Positions 1 to 14,100 of a stretch of 64,000 nt of DNA are shown in pieces. Numbering within the stretch: the stretch's first letter is position 1; each line of letters opens with the position of its first letter. A program made the position numbers and the translations under genes. The notes under the pieces were generated by a model. It saw only the letters and a program-made list of their open reading frames with translations, did no database searches and had not been told where the DNA came from. Source of the stretch: Tubiluchus corallicola (Eukaryota; Animalia; Priapulida); the NCBI GenBank assembly GCA_030141605.1, contig JAQGDQ010000024.1, forward strand, positions 186,001-250,000, read 5' to 3'.

Positions 1-1868
1 TCTACTCTGGAGTATCCAAATAACAAGTTATAGTAGTTTCCTTTTCAAAAATTTTGCTTGATTTAGTGGGAAACCAGCATCTTTTTAACATGGCTTTTTC
101 ATTTTAAAAACTCACATGAAAGTCATTTTACAACTACAGCATTTAATAATACAAATTACAAACTCACAAAGCACAAGAACTACAAAAATTAGTTAATAAT
201 TTTACATTCAAGTTGTTAGTAGACATATAGATAACTCGCATAACTTGTGAATGACACATCTATCCCTAAGATGTGTAATGGGATGAAGCATATATGCACA
301 CTACAACAGTGTTTCTCAACATTGGTCTTTTGACTCTATTTGGGGTTGTCTAACCATTTGCATGGGGTCGTGATTATACACCAGTATTTTCAAAAATGAA
401 AATATTTCCAAGCACCAGCCTCTTATGATATACGACGTAACAGCTGGCGGAGTGAGTAAACAATATAGTAATATTTATAGCTATGCATCTATTGCATACA
501 TTATTGTAACTTTTCACACAATACTATTTCCTATAATTTTCTGTTAAACTTTTAGGCACTCTTAGCAAACATTTTAGCAGAAGCAAGATCAAAGTATAAA
601 AGTTGTTATTGGCAATAAACAAAGAGAAGGTTCATACTTCACACTGATTTAGATAAGTTTTCATTCAATTTGAATAACTGAATTTTTTAAAACAGAACAG
701 CTTTATCCGGGTAAACAGTTTTTCAATTATTATTAAGAAGAACACCTTTGTTTGATGAAACAGATTTTTAATCATTTTAAATAGCACAGCTTTGTTAAAA
801 AACAGAACTTTGTTTAATTACTTCACTTATGATATCCAGGTTTCATAAGGACATGAATTTCAGTCATTGGATAGGTCGAATCTTAACTCCACTTGGATAA
901 AATCATTTTGTCCACTTAAAACTGATTTAAATACTAGTTTTACTGCAGAGGCCTACTATATTGTTTTAATAAAAAAGTTTGTCCAATTTTTCCATCATTA
1001 GGCCTACTATCAATAATCAGCATACCATAACAGCAAAGTATGCAAAGATATGACATAAGCTAGTTTAGGCACAAGAGCACTAATACAGTAGTATTTATTG
1101 TATATTTATGCATGGGGTGCAATTATAATTTAAGATCTTTGGTATACATGAAAAGTTGCCATGGTCAAGGATAACATCACTTATTGATAGAAAATTTAAT
1201 AATGTCATGAAAAATTTTGGGATCCTTGACTAGGGTACAATGTAGTTGAGGGAGTGCGAAGAGTAGCAGCTCCAACTGATCAAAAAGCTGTAAGTTGTCT
1301 TCGACCTTGTATTCAACACTCATTGTAATTATTATATAAATATATCTACAACCAATGCAGCTCAACTTGATAAGTTTTTATAACTACACTGTTGTATAAC
1401 ACTCAGAAGTAAATTGCTTAAACCTCAATGTCACACAATACGTCAATACCTTAAACTTCAAAAGAAGACTCTTCGGGTGCTAATGTTGTAAATACGTCAT
1501 TTAAGTGTATGACTATAATTACACTAGATTTGGATATAATTAGAGTAGATTAGGTAATTAATTTATTTTTCTCCTTCAGTTTACATTATACAGCAATAAA
1601 CTCAAAAAACACAAAGCACAATGGAAATAGAGTGGTGAAAACTAATGGTTAAGCAGTCAACCACAAAAATTTTTAATAACTAATACTATGATGTGCAAAC
1701 TGATCGTAGACCTTTTACTGAAACATAAGAGAAAGCTACCAAACCGGATAGCTAACCTAGTTAGTACGCACTAGTAACTAGCTGGTCCAAAATCACAATA
1801 ATGCTAAAAAACACCAGATAAAAATAACCTCCTAAATCATTACTGTGCACTACAACTAACAAAATTAC

Positions 1869-1934
1869 CTTCGTCAAGGCGCTGCCCATCTTGAATGTGA
1901 AGCTTTTTTGATATTCCCGACATCCGTGCAACAT
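1869..1934 (-). CDS. Probable first coding exon of an unidentified gene running off the left edge, divergent from EXOSC9; best start gives MGSALTK
   Basis: Donor AAG|GTAATT at 1869/1868. ATG at 1889 in good context (aagATGG) gives MGSALTK in phase 0, with an in-frame upstream ATG at 1934. An alternative frame from ATG 1923 (MSGISKKLHIQDGQRLDE, phase 1) is also open. Upstream acceptor ttttcttgcag near 2001. No recognisable homology. Confidence 0.4.
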
Positions 1935-2549
1935 CAGTTATCGGCTGCCTTTAATTCACAAGTCATAACTAGCAATCTTTTACCAAATATTCCCAACAAT
2001 CTGCAAGAAAATGCCGGAAAACAAATTTCCCTCCACCATATTGAAACCACCCTCACTCCTCAGTGCCCAGTCTCACAATCAATCATAAGCTTTAAGCATG
2101 GCTGCAAGCCGCAAGCGCTTGATAGTGTTGCCAGATAGAAGAAATTTTTTTCTAAAGGGTAAAAAAGGCAAGAATATAATTATGTCTAAAAAAACTTTCC
2201 ATACAAAGTTATACCATTTTATATTACACTTACCTGTTTGAAAGACACATATGTAAAAATTCTTAATAATTTAAATCGTTCCCACCAGCTGGTAAAACGT
2301 CACTGTTTCGATCACTATCCCAGTGCATGTGGAGATCGAGATAATTATAATAAAAAGAACACATTTTCCAAAGTCCGTTATACAAAAAGCTAATATGGCT
2401 CGTGTATCGGAATCCCAATTAAAAATCTTTAATTGTACCAGCTAGAAATTAATCCACAAAAGAACTACGGACTGAGTCATGGACAAAATTAAATAGCGAA
2501 ATAAAAAAGAGGCATGTACGTAGAATGTGGTCTGGCTTAAAATATTCTG

Positions 2550-2785
2550 TTAGTGTTATGTTGTGTTGCGCTGCCCTATGTGCATAATACATACTGTAAC
2601 TATTGTGGTACTATAACTACGTTAAGCTTAGTTGTACTACATGTTATGCCACGTTATGTGTTATGTTATAATATGTTATGCTATGTTATATGTTACATTG
2701 TTATGTAATTAAGTTATGTTATGTTACCTTACCTTACTTTACGTATATAATGATATTATGTAATTTATGTTTTGTTATGTCATGG
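2550..2785. repeat. Degenerate (GTTAT)n pentanucleotide microsatellite
   Basis: Repeated gttat/tgtta units, e.g. gttatgtgttatgttataatatgttatgctatgttat. Confidence 0.7.
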
Positions 2786-2788
2786 CAT

Positions 2789-3055
2789 CCTAAGGAGCAC
2801 AACAATATTGTGACACCAATGTTGTGACAACATGGAAATGTGGATTTGCTACAATACTGTACCAATATTTTTAACAATATGTGTAAAGCATGTCTTTCCA
2901 ACATTGGATGAAAATATTGGTTCAATGTTGTTCTAATATTGGACAAAAATATCCAATATTGTACCAACGTGATGACAATATTTTTCTGAACCTATTTTTT
3001 GTCGAGATCCTGATAAGATCGTAACCGTATGGTGACAATATTGTGTGCTGCCTGG
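2789..3055. mobile_element. Short non-autonomous TIR element (MITE) with internal CAATATT repeats
   Basis: Left end cctaaggagcacaacaatattgtgacacca resembles the reverse complement of the right end (ccaggcagcacacaatattgtcacca). Several internal caatatt motifs. Confidence 0.55.
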
Positions 3056-3385
3056 TATGTCACCTCATGTTATAAAAGCAAATATATTTGTATTCGCGTC
3101 GAATGCAAGGTACGCGCACGCGATTAAATATTTTGGTAAGAAATAAATTGATGTAAAATTGTCTAACGTTAGACCAAGTAAAAGAGACCCTTCATACACT
3201 TTGGCCTTCATGCACATTGGAAACAAAGTTGGCAATCCTGCACTGTACACATGTACTCCGTTATTTTGGTGCATCACGAGCATCATGGCTGCAGCCGCTA
3301 TTAAAATTTTTAGTGTTAACGCATGGGTTAGCAATTTTCATATGCGTACCATAGTAGTCATTTAACAGTCTCGTTCATTTTAGAA

Positions 3386-5134
3386 ATGAAAGAAACGCCT
3401 TTATCAACGTGTGAGCGAACCTTTATTTTGAATGCCATCAAGGAGAACTTGGTAATGTTTCATGAAAAAAGGCTGTTTGATTATTACGAATTAAAAACTA
3501 TTATTTGTAAGTTTGGCGAATTTTCATTAGCAAAGTGCTAGCACAGTCTAGACTTGTTTTATAATTCCTGGTGCTTCTAAAACAAGCATTGGTTACAATG
3601 TGTCACTAGTTTCAAATTCAGTTTTAAGTCGGCCATTAGAAAATGGTCTGAGGGTTCTCTTAGTCTTACTTAGTTCTCTATGAGATAACCAGAATCCATC
3701 TTAAACTCATGGAACAAGTTTCAACACTATGCTACCAAAAGTCTCTTGCTGGTGTGGTGAGTTTGACAATGACAACATGATAAGTTGTGATACCTTCCTA
3801 GGTTGGTTTCATTTTTCTTGTGTAAATTTAACATCGGCAGAAGCTGCAGTTGGCCCAGCAGGTAACTGAAACACTCAGCTGTTGCAGTGCTCAAGTAGAG
3901 TTCAAGTAGATGCTCTGCTTAGTTGTTACTAAATGCAAGAATTAATTAAATCTTTGGTCGACATTTGTCATCAACACTTGCACAGGATACAACAGACTTG
4001 TTAACCATTTGACATAAAACTGAGCGTGAAATGTAGAAAACCCCTGGCAGGTGTCCAAGGGAGCAAACTATGCCCCTGAGCATTTTACTTTTTTAGTATC
4101 GAAATCAAATTAACAAAAAATTAAGGCAAGAAAAAATAAAAAAATGAAGGTAATATTTGGGTACTACTGAAATTTCTTATGATGTTATTGCAATTCACAG
4201 TGATTTGTATGTAAATATGTTGTTATGTACACATGGAAAAAGCTCAATATCACCCAAAAATACTTAATTTTTAATTTTGGCTTTTTTGTAACATACATCG
4301 TTAGAGTCATGCCACTGTATTAAGAGTAATACTACTAATTGTGTTGTTGTTGGTACTGATGACAAAGGAAGCCAGGTAATTTGCAAACTTGCTAATGCTA
4401 GTGAAGTTGTGGAATATGTGAGAACTGAAATTTGATTAGTGTGTGCGTGTGACATATGCCTAATGCGTTGGGAGTTCGCAGGTCTTCTACTAAGGTATTT
4501 TTAATGGTGGTAGCAACTGTCACGTAGCTTCGAGATATTCTCTCATTCACTAGGGATGGGACAAAACTTTGCTATTTGGGTACTTCAGATTTTGAATCCG
4601 AATCGAACCTTTAATTCCATTATGCCCCCCCGTTTTAATTTAATTGCTTCGGATGTCCGAAATGCAAAGCAGTTTTCATAATTTGTGTTTAATGTACTCA
4701 GTTTAGGAGCAAATCCACTGTTAACTAGTTCTTGTGAAATTTACTTAATTTCCCTTCTTACTGGTTTAATAAAAGTTCAATTTTTGCGATGTGCACCTCG
4801 CCCTGCTGGCACTTTTAATATGATTGCGAAATTCCGTAAATGTTATGCACCACATAATAATTCACCAACTCAATGCCCGATTGATGTTATATATTTTCAA
4901 CAGTGACAGAACTTACACATAAGTTTTTGGTTATTGGGCTTCTAAACACAAACAATATTTTAGCACCTATTGAGTTTAATTTCCTTTTTGCTTTCTAAAC
5001 TGTTTTGACTTAGTTCAAAATAAGAAAGTACAGTCATAAAATTTCTCTGACTTCTTTTGTGCATAGGTCCACTCACATTTTGCGTAGTAATAACATTATC
5101 TTCTACATGGCATAAATAAAGATATATGTTTATA

Positions 5135-5167
<33 letters not shown>

Positions 5168-8100
5168 ACTGCAACTGATACTAAACTGATCCTAAGGTGA
5201 AAAGCCTAACTAACATTAAGTTACAAGATTCAGACTGAATTTGGTATTGAAAATTAAGAGTGAATTAAGGATTTACATTCGATTTGGTTCTGGAAATGAA
5301 GCAAAAAGCAAAAATGGGCTTCAGATTCGATTCATTTTGCAAATTTAAGCTTCGTGCCACCCCTATTGTCCACAGCTATGCATTGCTCATTTTTTAAAAT
5401 ACTTCTGATTAATTTGTAACAGTGCTGTTGTGATAACTTCTGCTGCTGCTGTTACTTTCTCCACTATGACCAGCAATGATGATCAGTGAGGAATGCATAG
5501 TTTCAAGCAAGAATGTGTAATGTAATAAAATAAACAACTTTGTTTTACAGAGGCTAGATGGCCGTCAGGTATATGATTACAGGCAAATCACTATTACTTA
5601 TGGTATTGATAGAGGATGCTGCCAAGTTTCACTTGGAAAGACACGGTAGTTTTGAAATTAAACCTCTTTTGAACTGTAATGTGCAATTCTGTCTCTGCTT
5701 ATATTTTGCGGCAATTTATAAATTTGGTCATGCTACAGCCTGCATTTTGAAGTGAGGACCTGTGGATTACTTTTTTTATTTAACTCTTAAACATAATTTT
5801 GGTCAAGTGAAGATAGCTGTTAATTATATCTGAACTATTTAATAAAATTAACAACATTGATGTTTTAGAAAAGATGCTAGTACTAAGCTGAGGCTGTGAT
5901 TATGACTGGAAATGATGACATTGTAATAATTTACTTATAAATTGTAATTTTTTAATCAATGTCTGTAAAAAGATTTATTTTGGATATGTGTATACACAAG
6001 ATAGTTATAAATCAGTGCTAAACACTAAAGCAACTTTGTTATTTTAGTTTTTTTGTCTTTTAGAGTTTTAGCTCAAGCATCTTATGAAGTAGTTGCCCCA
6101 AAGCAAACAAGACCAAATGAAGGAATGCTGTATATCAATTTGGAATTATCTCCAATGGCATGCCCGAGTTTTGAAGTTGGACGGTTTGTTGCTAAACTGT
6201 ATTACATAGTAACACCCAGATCCACTGTATAATTTCAAAGATTTTACACCTATTTAAATGTAGGAAGCTGCGAATGTAATTTTCATAGTTAAGTGTTGTT
6301 TTTCTTGTTTTCTTCCTTGATTGTGTATACCTGGTATTCTTGAATATAAAGTCCATGATAAAACTGTGTTAAATCGAGGATAATAAATTAATTTTCCCTA
6401 TTTGCTAGGCCATCTGATTATAGTGTAGAAATCAATCGGGCATTAGATCGCTGTCTACGGGACTCGCGTTGCTTGGATTTGGAATCGCTGTGTATATCAG
6501 CTGGAGAAAAAGTAACTTATTACTAAATTGCTTTAATTTCAGTAGATTCTTCAGAATATTATATAGACCTATTTAATTGCCAGTTTCTGTAATGTGGACA
6601 GTGGCGTAGCTAAAGAATGGTGGGTCTTTTCAGAGGGCACTTTTCAGAGGGTGGCACTTTGATCAAGTGCATTGAAAAAGTTGATTCTGTAGAAAGACAC
6701 TCCTCAGATAATTCAATTGCCCAGGAAAAGTAATGCTTGTAGCACTTATTGCCAAAAGTTTCTGGCAAAGGAAGATGATAATGTATCACTGATAGTTAGT
6801 ACAGTAGGCACCGCTTAATAGACTCACAGTTAATAGACTCAATCACTTAATTGACTCAAAAACGCCTGGGACGGGCCGCTTCTATTCAAATATACATAAA
6901 AACTATGTAACTATGTAAACACGTAAATGACGCAAATAACTCTGCATAATTGGCTCAATATTTTTCCTTCACCTACTTAAAATAAGATATTTGTATGTGC
7001 CAAAAGAGCCTTTCCTACTTTTATGTTGTCTTTACTTCCTTTTGTGCACTATGTTTTCAGAAACAATCATGTTAAGTACCGTTTTGTTTGTAAGAAGGTA
7101 TGTTTATCATGCACTAATACGCTAGCGTAGGGGTTTTGCTTTGAATCTGTTACCCGCTGGCCCACGTTACCCAAAGAATTTCTGGAAGCTAAACATTTAC
7201 TCACTTGCCTAGCAGTTTCCTTTTCATGCTCTTGTTGCAAATCACGCTTTCAGGCGTAATGAGTTAACAGTCAAAGATGCAGATACAGTAATCAGCTGGT
7301 ATTCCTTGTGACTTACAAGAGTAAACATTGTACAACAAATAAGGGCAATGTAAGTGAGCAGACGATTCAGAACTGTTTTAGTCACACACAACAACAGATT
7401 TTCAACATTTTTATAATTACGAGAACTTTGTTGGCCAACTTCTTTGGGAAAAAATGAAGAAGCCGACTTTGAAAATTTTTTTGTAATTTTTGCAAATAAA
7501 CAGACTTAGAAAAGTCTGTGATTTAGAAAAGTATACTTTTTAATTTATTGCTAATTCACTTATATAAATTAATATTTTAAATTTTTTTCTAATTTTTAAC
7601 TGCACAAAGGAATTTAGGCATTAATTCGTTTATAAAATTCATTAAACACCTTTGCAGTGCATAGTAAGCTGATGACACATAGTTCTATACCTGTAATTGG
7701 TTAATAGGTTCAGTCAGTTAACTGGATCAAAAAAACATGTCGGTCCCAAAGTGAATCTATTAAGCAGAGCCTACTCTAATTTATTAGCTTTGTAATATTT
7801 ACATAGTCATTCACTCTCTACTTTCATAGTTTCTTCACAGTACATGTTTTGTGTTAACTGACGCTTTGCGAAACAAATACATATACATAATCTTTGCTCT
7901 GTTAACATTTGAAGAAGCTGTAAAATGATATAGCTTTTGCTTTTTGAAGCGTGTAGGGTGAATTTGTTTCAACGTTTACTAGTACTTTTAATGCTTTATC
8001 ATTCTACCAATTTTTCTACACATGAAGCGAACAGAAGTGAAGGGTGCTTCTTTTTGAAAGAGGAAAAAGGCTCGAGAGGAATTGTTAAAAAAGAGTGAAG

Positions 8101-11100
8101 GGGCACTGCTGAAATATCTCAGTCACAAGGAAACTGCTACTGCTAAAACTGAGCCATTTCTGAGTTCCATAATGTTTTTACATTTTCCCACACATTGGTT
8201 TCATTTTTGTGTTTGACGTGTTCAGTATTAACATATAATGAAGCAGGTTTAAACTAATTTTTATTGCCATGCAGTTTTTATTCCATCATTAGTGTTTCCT
8301 AAAGTTTTTCAAAATAAAGACAAAATTTGCATACATGCTTTGTGAGCGTTAACAAATTAGAAATATCAGTATTTGTGGTTACTAGCGTTTTAGAGCTGAG
8401 GCTCTACTGCCACAGGAGATACAAGTTTAAAGTGTGTGGACTGCTTAGACATAACTTGTTGTTGTTTCAATTTCTATCTGCCGTGTCTTGAACATTTTAA
8501 AATCGAAAATCAAACAAGAAGTTAAAAATTGTCTGGCAAGTTAATTAAGATATTTGTTGATAATTAACAGCACAAACTGAGTCTATTTCAAACTCACTGT
8601 CCAGCTCTATATCTGTAAAACAGTTACCAAAATGTAAACAGTTTCATTTCATTGCTACAGGCGGCAGTCAAAATTCCAGAAAAAAGTAGACTAATTTTTT
8701 ACACTAGTACTCTAAATCGTCTAAATTACTCAGAATTAGTCGCTGCACTCCTAGTTTTTAAACATCCAAAATATTGCTACACAAGGACATTGTTACACAA
8801 GGTGTTGTAGTTCAGTCGGGAGGGTGATGGCAAACTGAAGTGCCGCCCCGGGCGCCTCGAACACTAGCTATGCCACTGATAGTGGATTTGACAGCGCATT
8901 GCTAATTTACTTGAAGGTTGTGCATACATGTCATTGTCTAAACAGTTGTTATTTGTTTAAAATGTCTTAACTCATAAACAAAGACAGTTTATGAATTGTC
9001 CTCCTATTGCAATCCTTTTGCTAGCATTGACTGGTTTGTTACTGTTTTGGACTGACTGTCACTTTCTTAAAGGATAAAGCACTAAAGAAAGCACTTTTAA
9101 CTGGCAGGTTACTTTTACTTTGATACGCTTCGGCCAAAAAGATAAAGTGTTGTATTTTTCTTAGGACTCATTTATACTGCCTTTGTAAACTAAATTTCAT
9201 TTACTAGTGTCACATTTCAGAAATGACTGATTCATGCATTTTTCTTGACCCAGTTTTGAGAACAACTGGATAAATTATGTCAAGGATGCTGTTCCTCTCT
9301 CAAGTCCATGATATTGATACTCTTGTTAGTTCAGTAAAATTTTCTGTGCTATTTCTTTTATTATTGATTCTAACTAATCGCTTAAATCCGACAAAATGAA
9401 TTATGGTTTGTAAGAAAACAAGATGACTAGGATGGTGTAAATAATAACTACAAGTATATTAATGATTTACTGTGAAGCAATTCTATTTGTTATTACAGGC
9501 ATTTGAAATTCGATTAGATATTCATGTATTGAATCATGAAGGTAACATCCTTGACTGCTGCAACATTGCTGGTATTGCTGCTCTAGTTCATTTCAGGTAC
9601 ATGATAAATTCTCAAGTCCTGGAAACACCGAATAAACTTAATAATAACTGTATTATTCTAGTAATCTTTTGTAATTGTTAAATATTTTTATATTTTTGCT
9701 TATTTGTTACTGTTTCACAATTTTAGTACAGGGATTCTATGATTCCGCCATTAAAAGGTTTAAGTATCTACTTTGGTAGTTTAAGGATGCCTAAACTCGA
9801 GATGCTTAAACTCACTTGTTTAGGCAGTCATTTTACTTTGTTTCTCAGAATAGACATATATAGAAATATAGAAATAGACATATCGACATATAGTACAGGA
9901 CTTCTTAAAAATGCAGACACTGGGTACAACTGACTATTTTTTATGAAATTTTGCACGATTTTGGTTAAACCATTGGAAAATATTTCTATATATATTTCTA
10001 TATATGTCTATATGTCTATATAGAAATATATATAGAAATATTTTCCAATGGTTTAACCAAAATCGTGCAAAATTTCATAAAAAATAGTCAGTCGTACCCA
10101 GTGTCTGCATTTTTAAGAAGTCATGTACTGTGAAAATTTTACTGCTTGCATTAGGTCAGTTAGTTTTACATGTGTAAATGCAGTTTTTTAAATTGTGTAT
10201 GTTTTCATGCATTTGAAAATTTACCTTACAGGCGTCCCGATGTTACAGTCTCTGGGGAAGAAATTACAATAGTAAGTTGTACAATAGTAATTTGAAATTA
10301 CAATTACAATGCAGTTGCAACATCATATAACTTATTCCCACTGCTTATTTTTATTTCTGTTTTTGTGTTTATTAATAATAAGTTGAACATGAACAAGATT
10401 ATAAATGTGGCTGGAAAAATAGTTTTTCATGTATTGATATAATGAATTAAAAGCGATGCTATTTAATTTTTTAACTTTACTGTTTATAAGTGAATGCTCA
10501 CAAGCTAATTCTTTTCAGCGATTTTTTACAATGAACTTGAAATCTTCTGAATCTTATTTTTTACTATTTCTTTTTTATAGCATCCTTTAGATGAGCGAGA
10601 TCCAGTACCACTGAATGTCTACCATATGCCACTCACTATAACATTTGCTTTTTACCATCATGGGTAAGTAATCCATCACAAAATAATAAAAATGCTGAAG
10701 TCAGCATTTTTTGTGCAATGCAGTCCTAAGAAACATCTGATTAAATTTTGCACCCTCTACTAAGGTATTATCACATTTAAGGATTAAAAGGTCAAAGTGT
10801 TATTATAACTACTTTTTAATTGAATATGTACGTATGTAAGCTTGTAATAATAAGAATATGTAAGCGAATTGTAAAATTGAATTATAAAAATAAACTTTTT
10901 ACTCGGTATTTAATGTGCAAATATGAATATTAACATAAAATTCATTGGCTCTCTTCCTGCTTCTCGTGCACAACTTTAGTAAAACTTTATCAAAATGTGG
11001 AACTTTTTCTTGTTGATTATGATCTAGAAGTCTGACTGTCACATTGAGGCATTTGCTAGATTTTGTCTTGATTGATAAAATGGAAATGCCATGTATTTGC

Positions 11101-14100
11101 AAGTTTAAAATAACTTTGATAGTGCCTGTACAGGAATGCCAACCCCTAGAATTAACACGACTGATAGTTAATTTGTTTTTTTTTGCGTGGCTTTGCTTTA
11201 AGTCAGTTACTTTAGATCAGTACTTGAAGAGATTTAGAGTAGCTTGATTTTCCTCCAGTGTAAACTAACTGCCTCAAAAGTAAATCATGTTTCTTAGATC
11301 ATTACGCTGCTACACAATCGCTGGTATATCTTAATTGTGCTATGAGTCCTCCGCTTTTTATTTTATTGTTTTCATAATCATGTAAACATTAGATTTTTAT
11401 TAACTAATGAGGCACGAGTTGGATCCTTCTTGCAAAAAGGTGTGTATGCATAATGAGTAATATTACTACTATAATATTAATACAACAATACTATTGCTAG
11501 CAGCGTCTAGCCGTTGTGCTGTCACGCGTAGAAACGAATAGTGAATGCATGATTTAGGTACACTTGCTTATTCTATGCTTAAAGGTCTTAGTAATGTTGT
11601 AATAATTGATATTTTACGTTTACTTTTTTTTTAAATGCTGTTAGTTTTGAAATTATCTTCTTATCAAGAATTGGGTATATGCTTCTCCTAAATAGCCTTG
11701 CTTTCTTACAAAACTTGAAATTTGTTTCTTCTCTATATGTAACGTAAAAAAGCAAGTATGTACTAATGAAATAACATATGGTGCAGTAGCTAGAAAAGGA
11801 ATATAAAATTGAAAACTGTGGGATATTGATTATTTTGTACTCTAGTGTATCACTTCGATAACTGTAGACATTCCTTAAGTATCTGAATAGAAATAATTAA
11901 TTCTAAGCACTTTACTTGGAAGCTACTTTTGTTCCAATTTATGCAGAATCATAAAATTGAAATACTTTATAAATGACATATTTATTAATCAAAATTTAAA
12001 ACTGTGTTTCTGGTGTCTCAACCTTACAGTCAACCAAATTTCCATTTTTACTTTTTTCTGTTTCTAGAAATTTCTTATTGGTTGATCCTACAGAGAAAGA
12101 AGAGCGAGTGATGGAAGGAAAAATTGTTTTGGGTATGAACAAGCACAGAGAGTTATGCATGTTACATGTCGGTGGTAGTATGTTGGTTTTGAAGGAGCAG
12201 GTAACAGTGGATTCTACTTTCTATTTATTGTACAGTAGACAAGGCACACTAGATTTAATTCTAAATCTGCTTATAGTTAAGATTATTTGTTCATGTTTTA
12301 CTACTAAAATTTTATAAAGTCGTAGCAAACTTGATTTAAGGATGCTCTTTGGAACAGAAATGTGCTTAATGAGGGAAATTTGTTATATTGAAAATGCCTT
12401 AACCTATGAAAATATTATTTTTGCAGTAATTGACATTGTCCTAACCTATACAGAAGGTAGGTTAGGTATGGAATAGGGAAATACAAACATCTGAAAGGCA
12501 TAGGTTCTAGTAAATTTCCTGCAGTCCTATGTTTGTTAATATCTACTTTTCCAGCATGATAGTCTGTCTAGTTTGACCAAGTGGTTGTACTTGTCCAACC
12601 TTCTGCAAGTCCAAGCGAGAAGTAATGTTTTTCGATGTGGTTATTACTGTTTAAACTAAGGCTACATTTTCCACAATGTTACGCATCTCTCGCCATTCCC
12701 TAATAAAGAGGGCAAGTCAGCGAGTTAGGTAAAAGAATAAGTGGCCGTGATGCAATAAATGATGATATGAGTATAGAAAAAAGTAGCCTATTTCTTATAA
12801 ACGTAAGATACTGATGTCCGCAATATCCTTTCCTGTTAATACTGACACAATATTCCTGTTGTTAATTTTGTAGGTGTTGAGGTGTGCTAACATAGCTGTA
12901 ACAAGAGTGACTGAAATCACTGAGCTCATTCAGAAAGCTTTGCAGAACGATGCCGATGCTAGGTAACTAGTTGCTGATATAAATCTATCTCTAAAAACTA
13001 TTTTATAACATATAGAGAATTCCAGCAGTGCTTCTGTAGTCGATGTAGTTGCGTAGTTTTTAATTTCTTACATGCGGTAAATAAGAAGTTAATTGAATAA
13101 GCGATATAATACTAATTTGAATATTTTATCATAAGAACAAGCAGGAACTATTTTAAACCCTTATATATTATAATCGTGTAATCGTGTAATAACATTTGTC
13201 ATATTTAGTTCTTTCTAACAGACTATTACAAACCTTCTTGGCTTGGAAAGTAACAAACAAGGTCGAAAGAGTGCCTTTTCTTAGGAATTTTTCAAACAAT
13301 TTCTCCACTCTTTTACCCCCCGCATATTCCATTAACATACTTGATTTGTCCTTTTGCCGGAGTCATCCGTTTTACACGATACATCTAGTCATCTCTTATT
13401 GTACTTTCTCATGAGTTGCTTGAATATTTCACCTGTTCATGGCACATCAGTCTTTCTTGGTAATGTGCTTCTCTTCTGACAGTGAACAGATCAAGTGAAG
13501 GTTATGTAAATATTGATTCATTTTGCTTCTGTGACAGATTATTATAGTTTTTTGTTAAAGGAAGTGAATCAATTCTTTTTTAAATTTTCTATAGCACCAT
13601 GAGTGCATTTATGCTTTTTGCATGTTAAAATGTCATTAGAATTTTTTGTTATGCAGGTCAACATTGCAAATAAATGGCACTACATAAGACTGTATATTAT
13701 AGGAATTTCTTGTGTTATTATATGTAATAGTTGATTGTTAACATTAACAACCATCCGATACAACTGTTTAGGTCACGTGGTGAAAAGTTTGGATTTGCTC
13801 AGAGTGTTCCTGCAACTCCAAGTATTTTACAACATAGCAAGGAAGTTACAAAGATATCAATAAACAATGTTGAAGTAGTTGCTCATGAAGTTGCAGAGAG
13901 CAGCAAGCAAACGCTCAATGATGATTTGGAGAAGGCCAAACAAACACCTGTAAATATAAAGGTATAAAGTTTTGCTAAGTAAAAGTATGTATGATAATGA
14001 GACTTTTGATATCATCAATGTGAATGTTGTTTTGTGGCTGCTTATTAAGATATTGTTAACCTATCACTGTGTTTTGATGTCTAGAGCTCGTAACCTTTCT

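Noticed and set aside
307-400. hAT/Charlie-like left end cagtgtttctcaac...ggggtcg
   Set aside because: No convincing matching right TIR or TSD, so the element cannot be delimited.
12760-12845. Possible intronic C/D snoRNA (ATGATGA ... CTGA) in EXOSC9 intron 8
   Set aside because: No terminal stem, no recognisable rRNA guide, and the distal CTGA coincides with the likely branch point.
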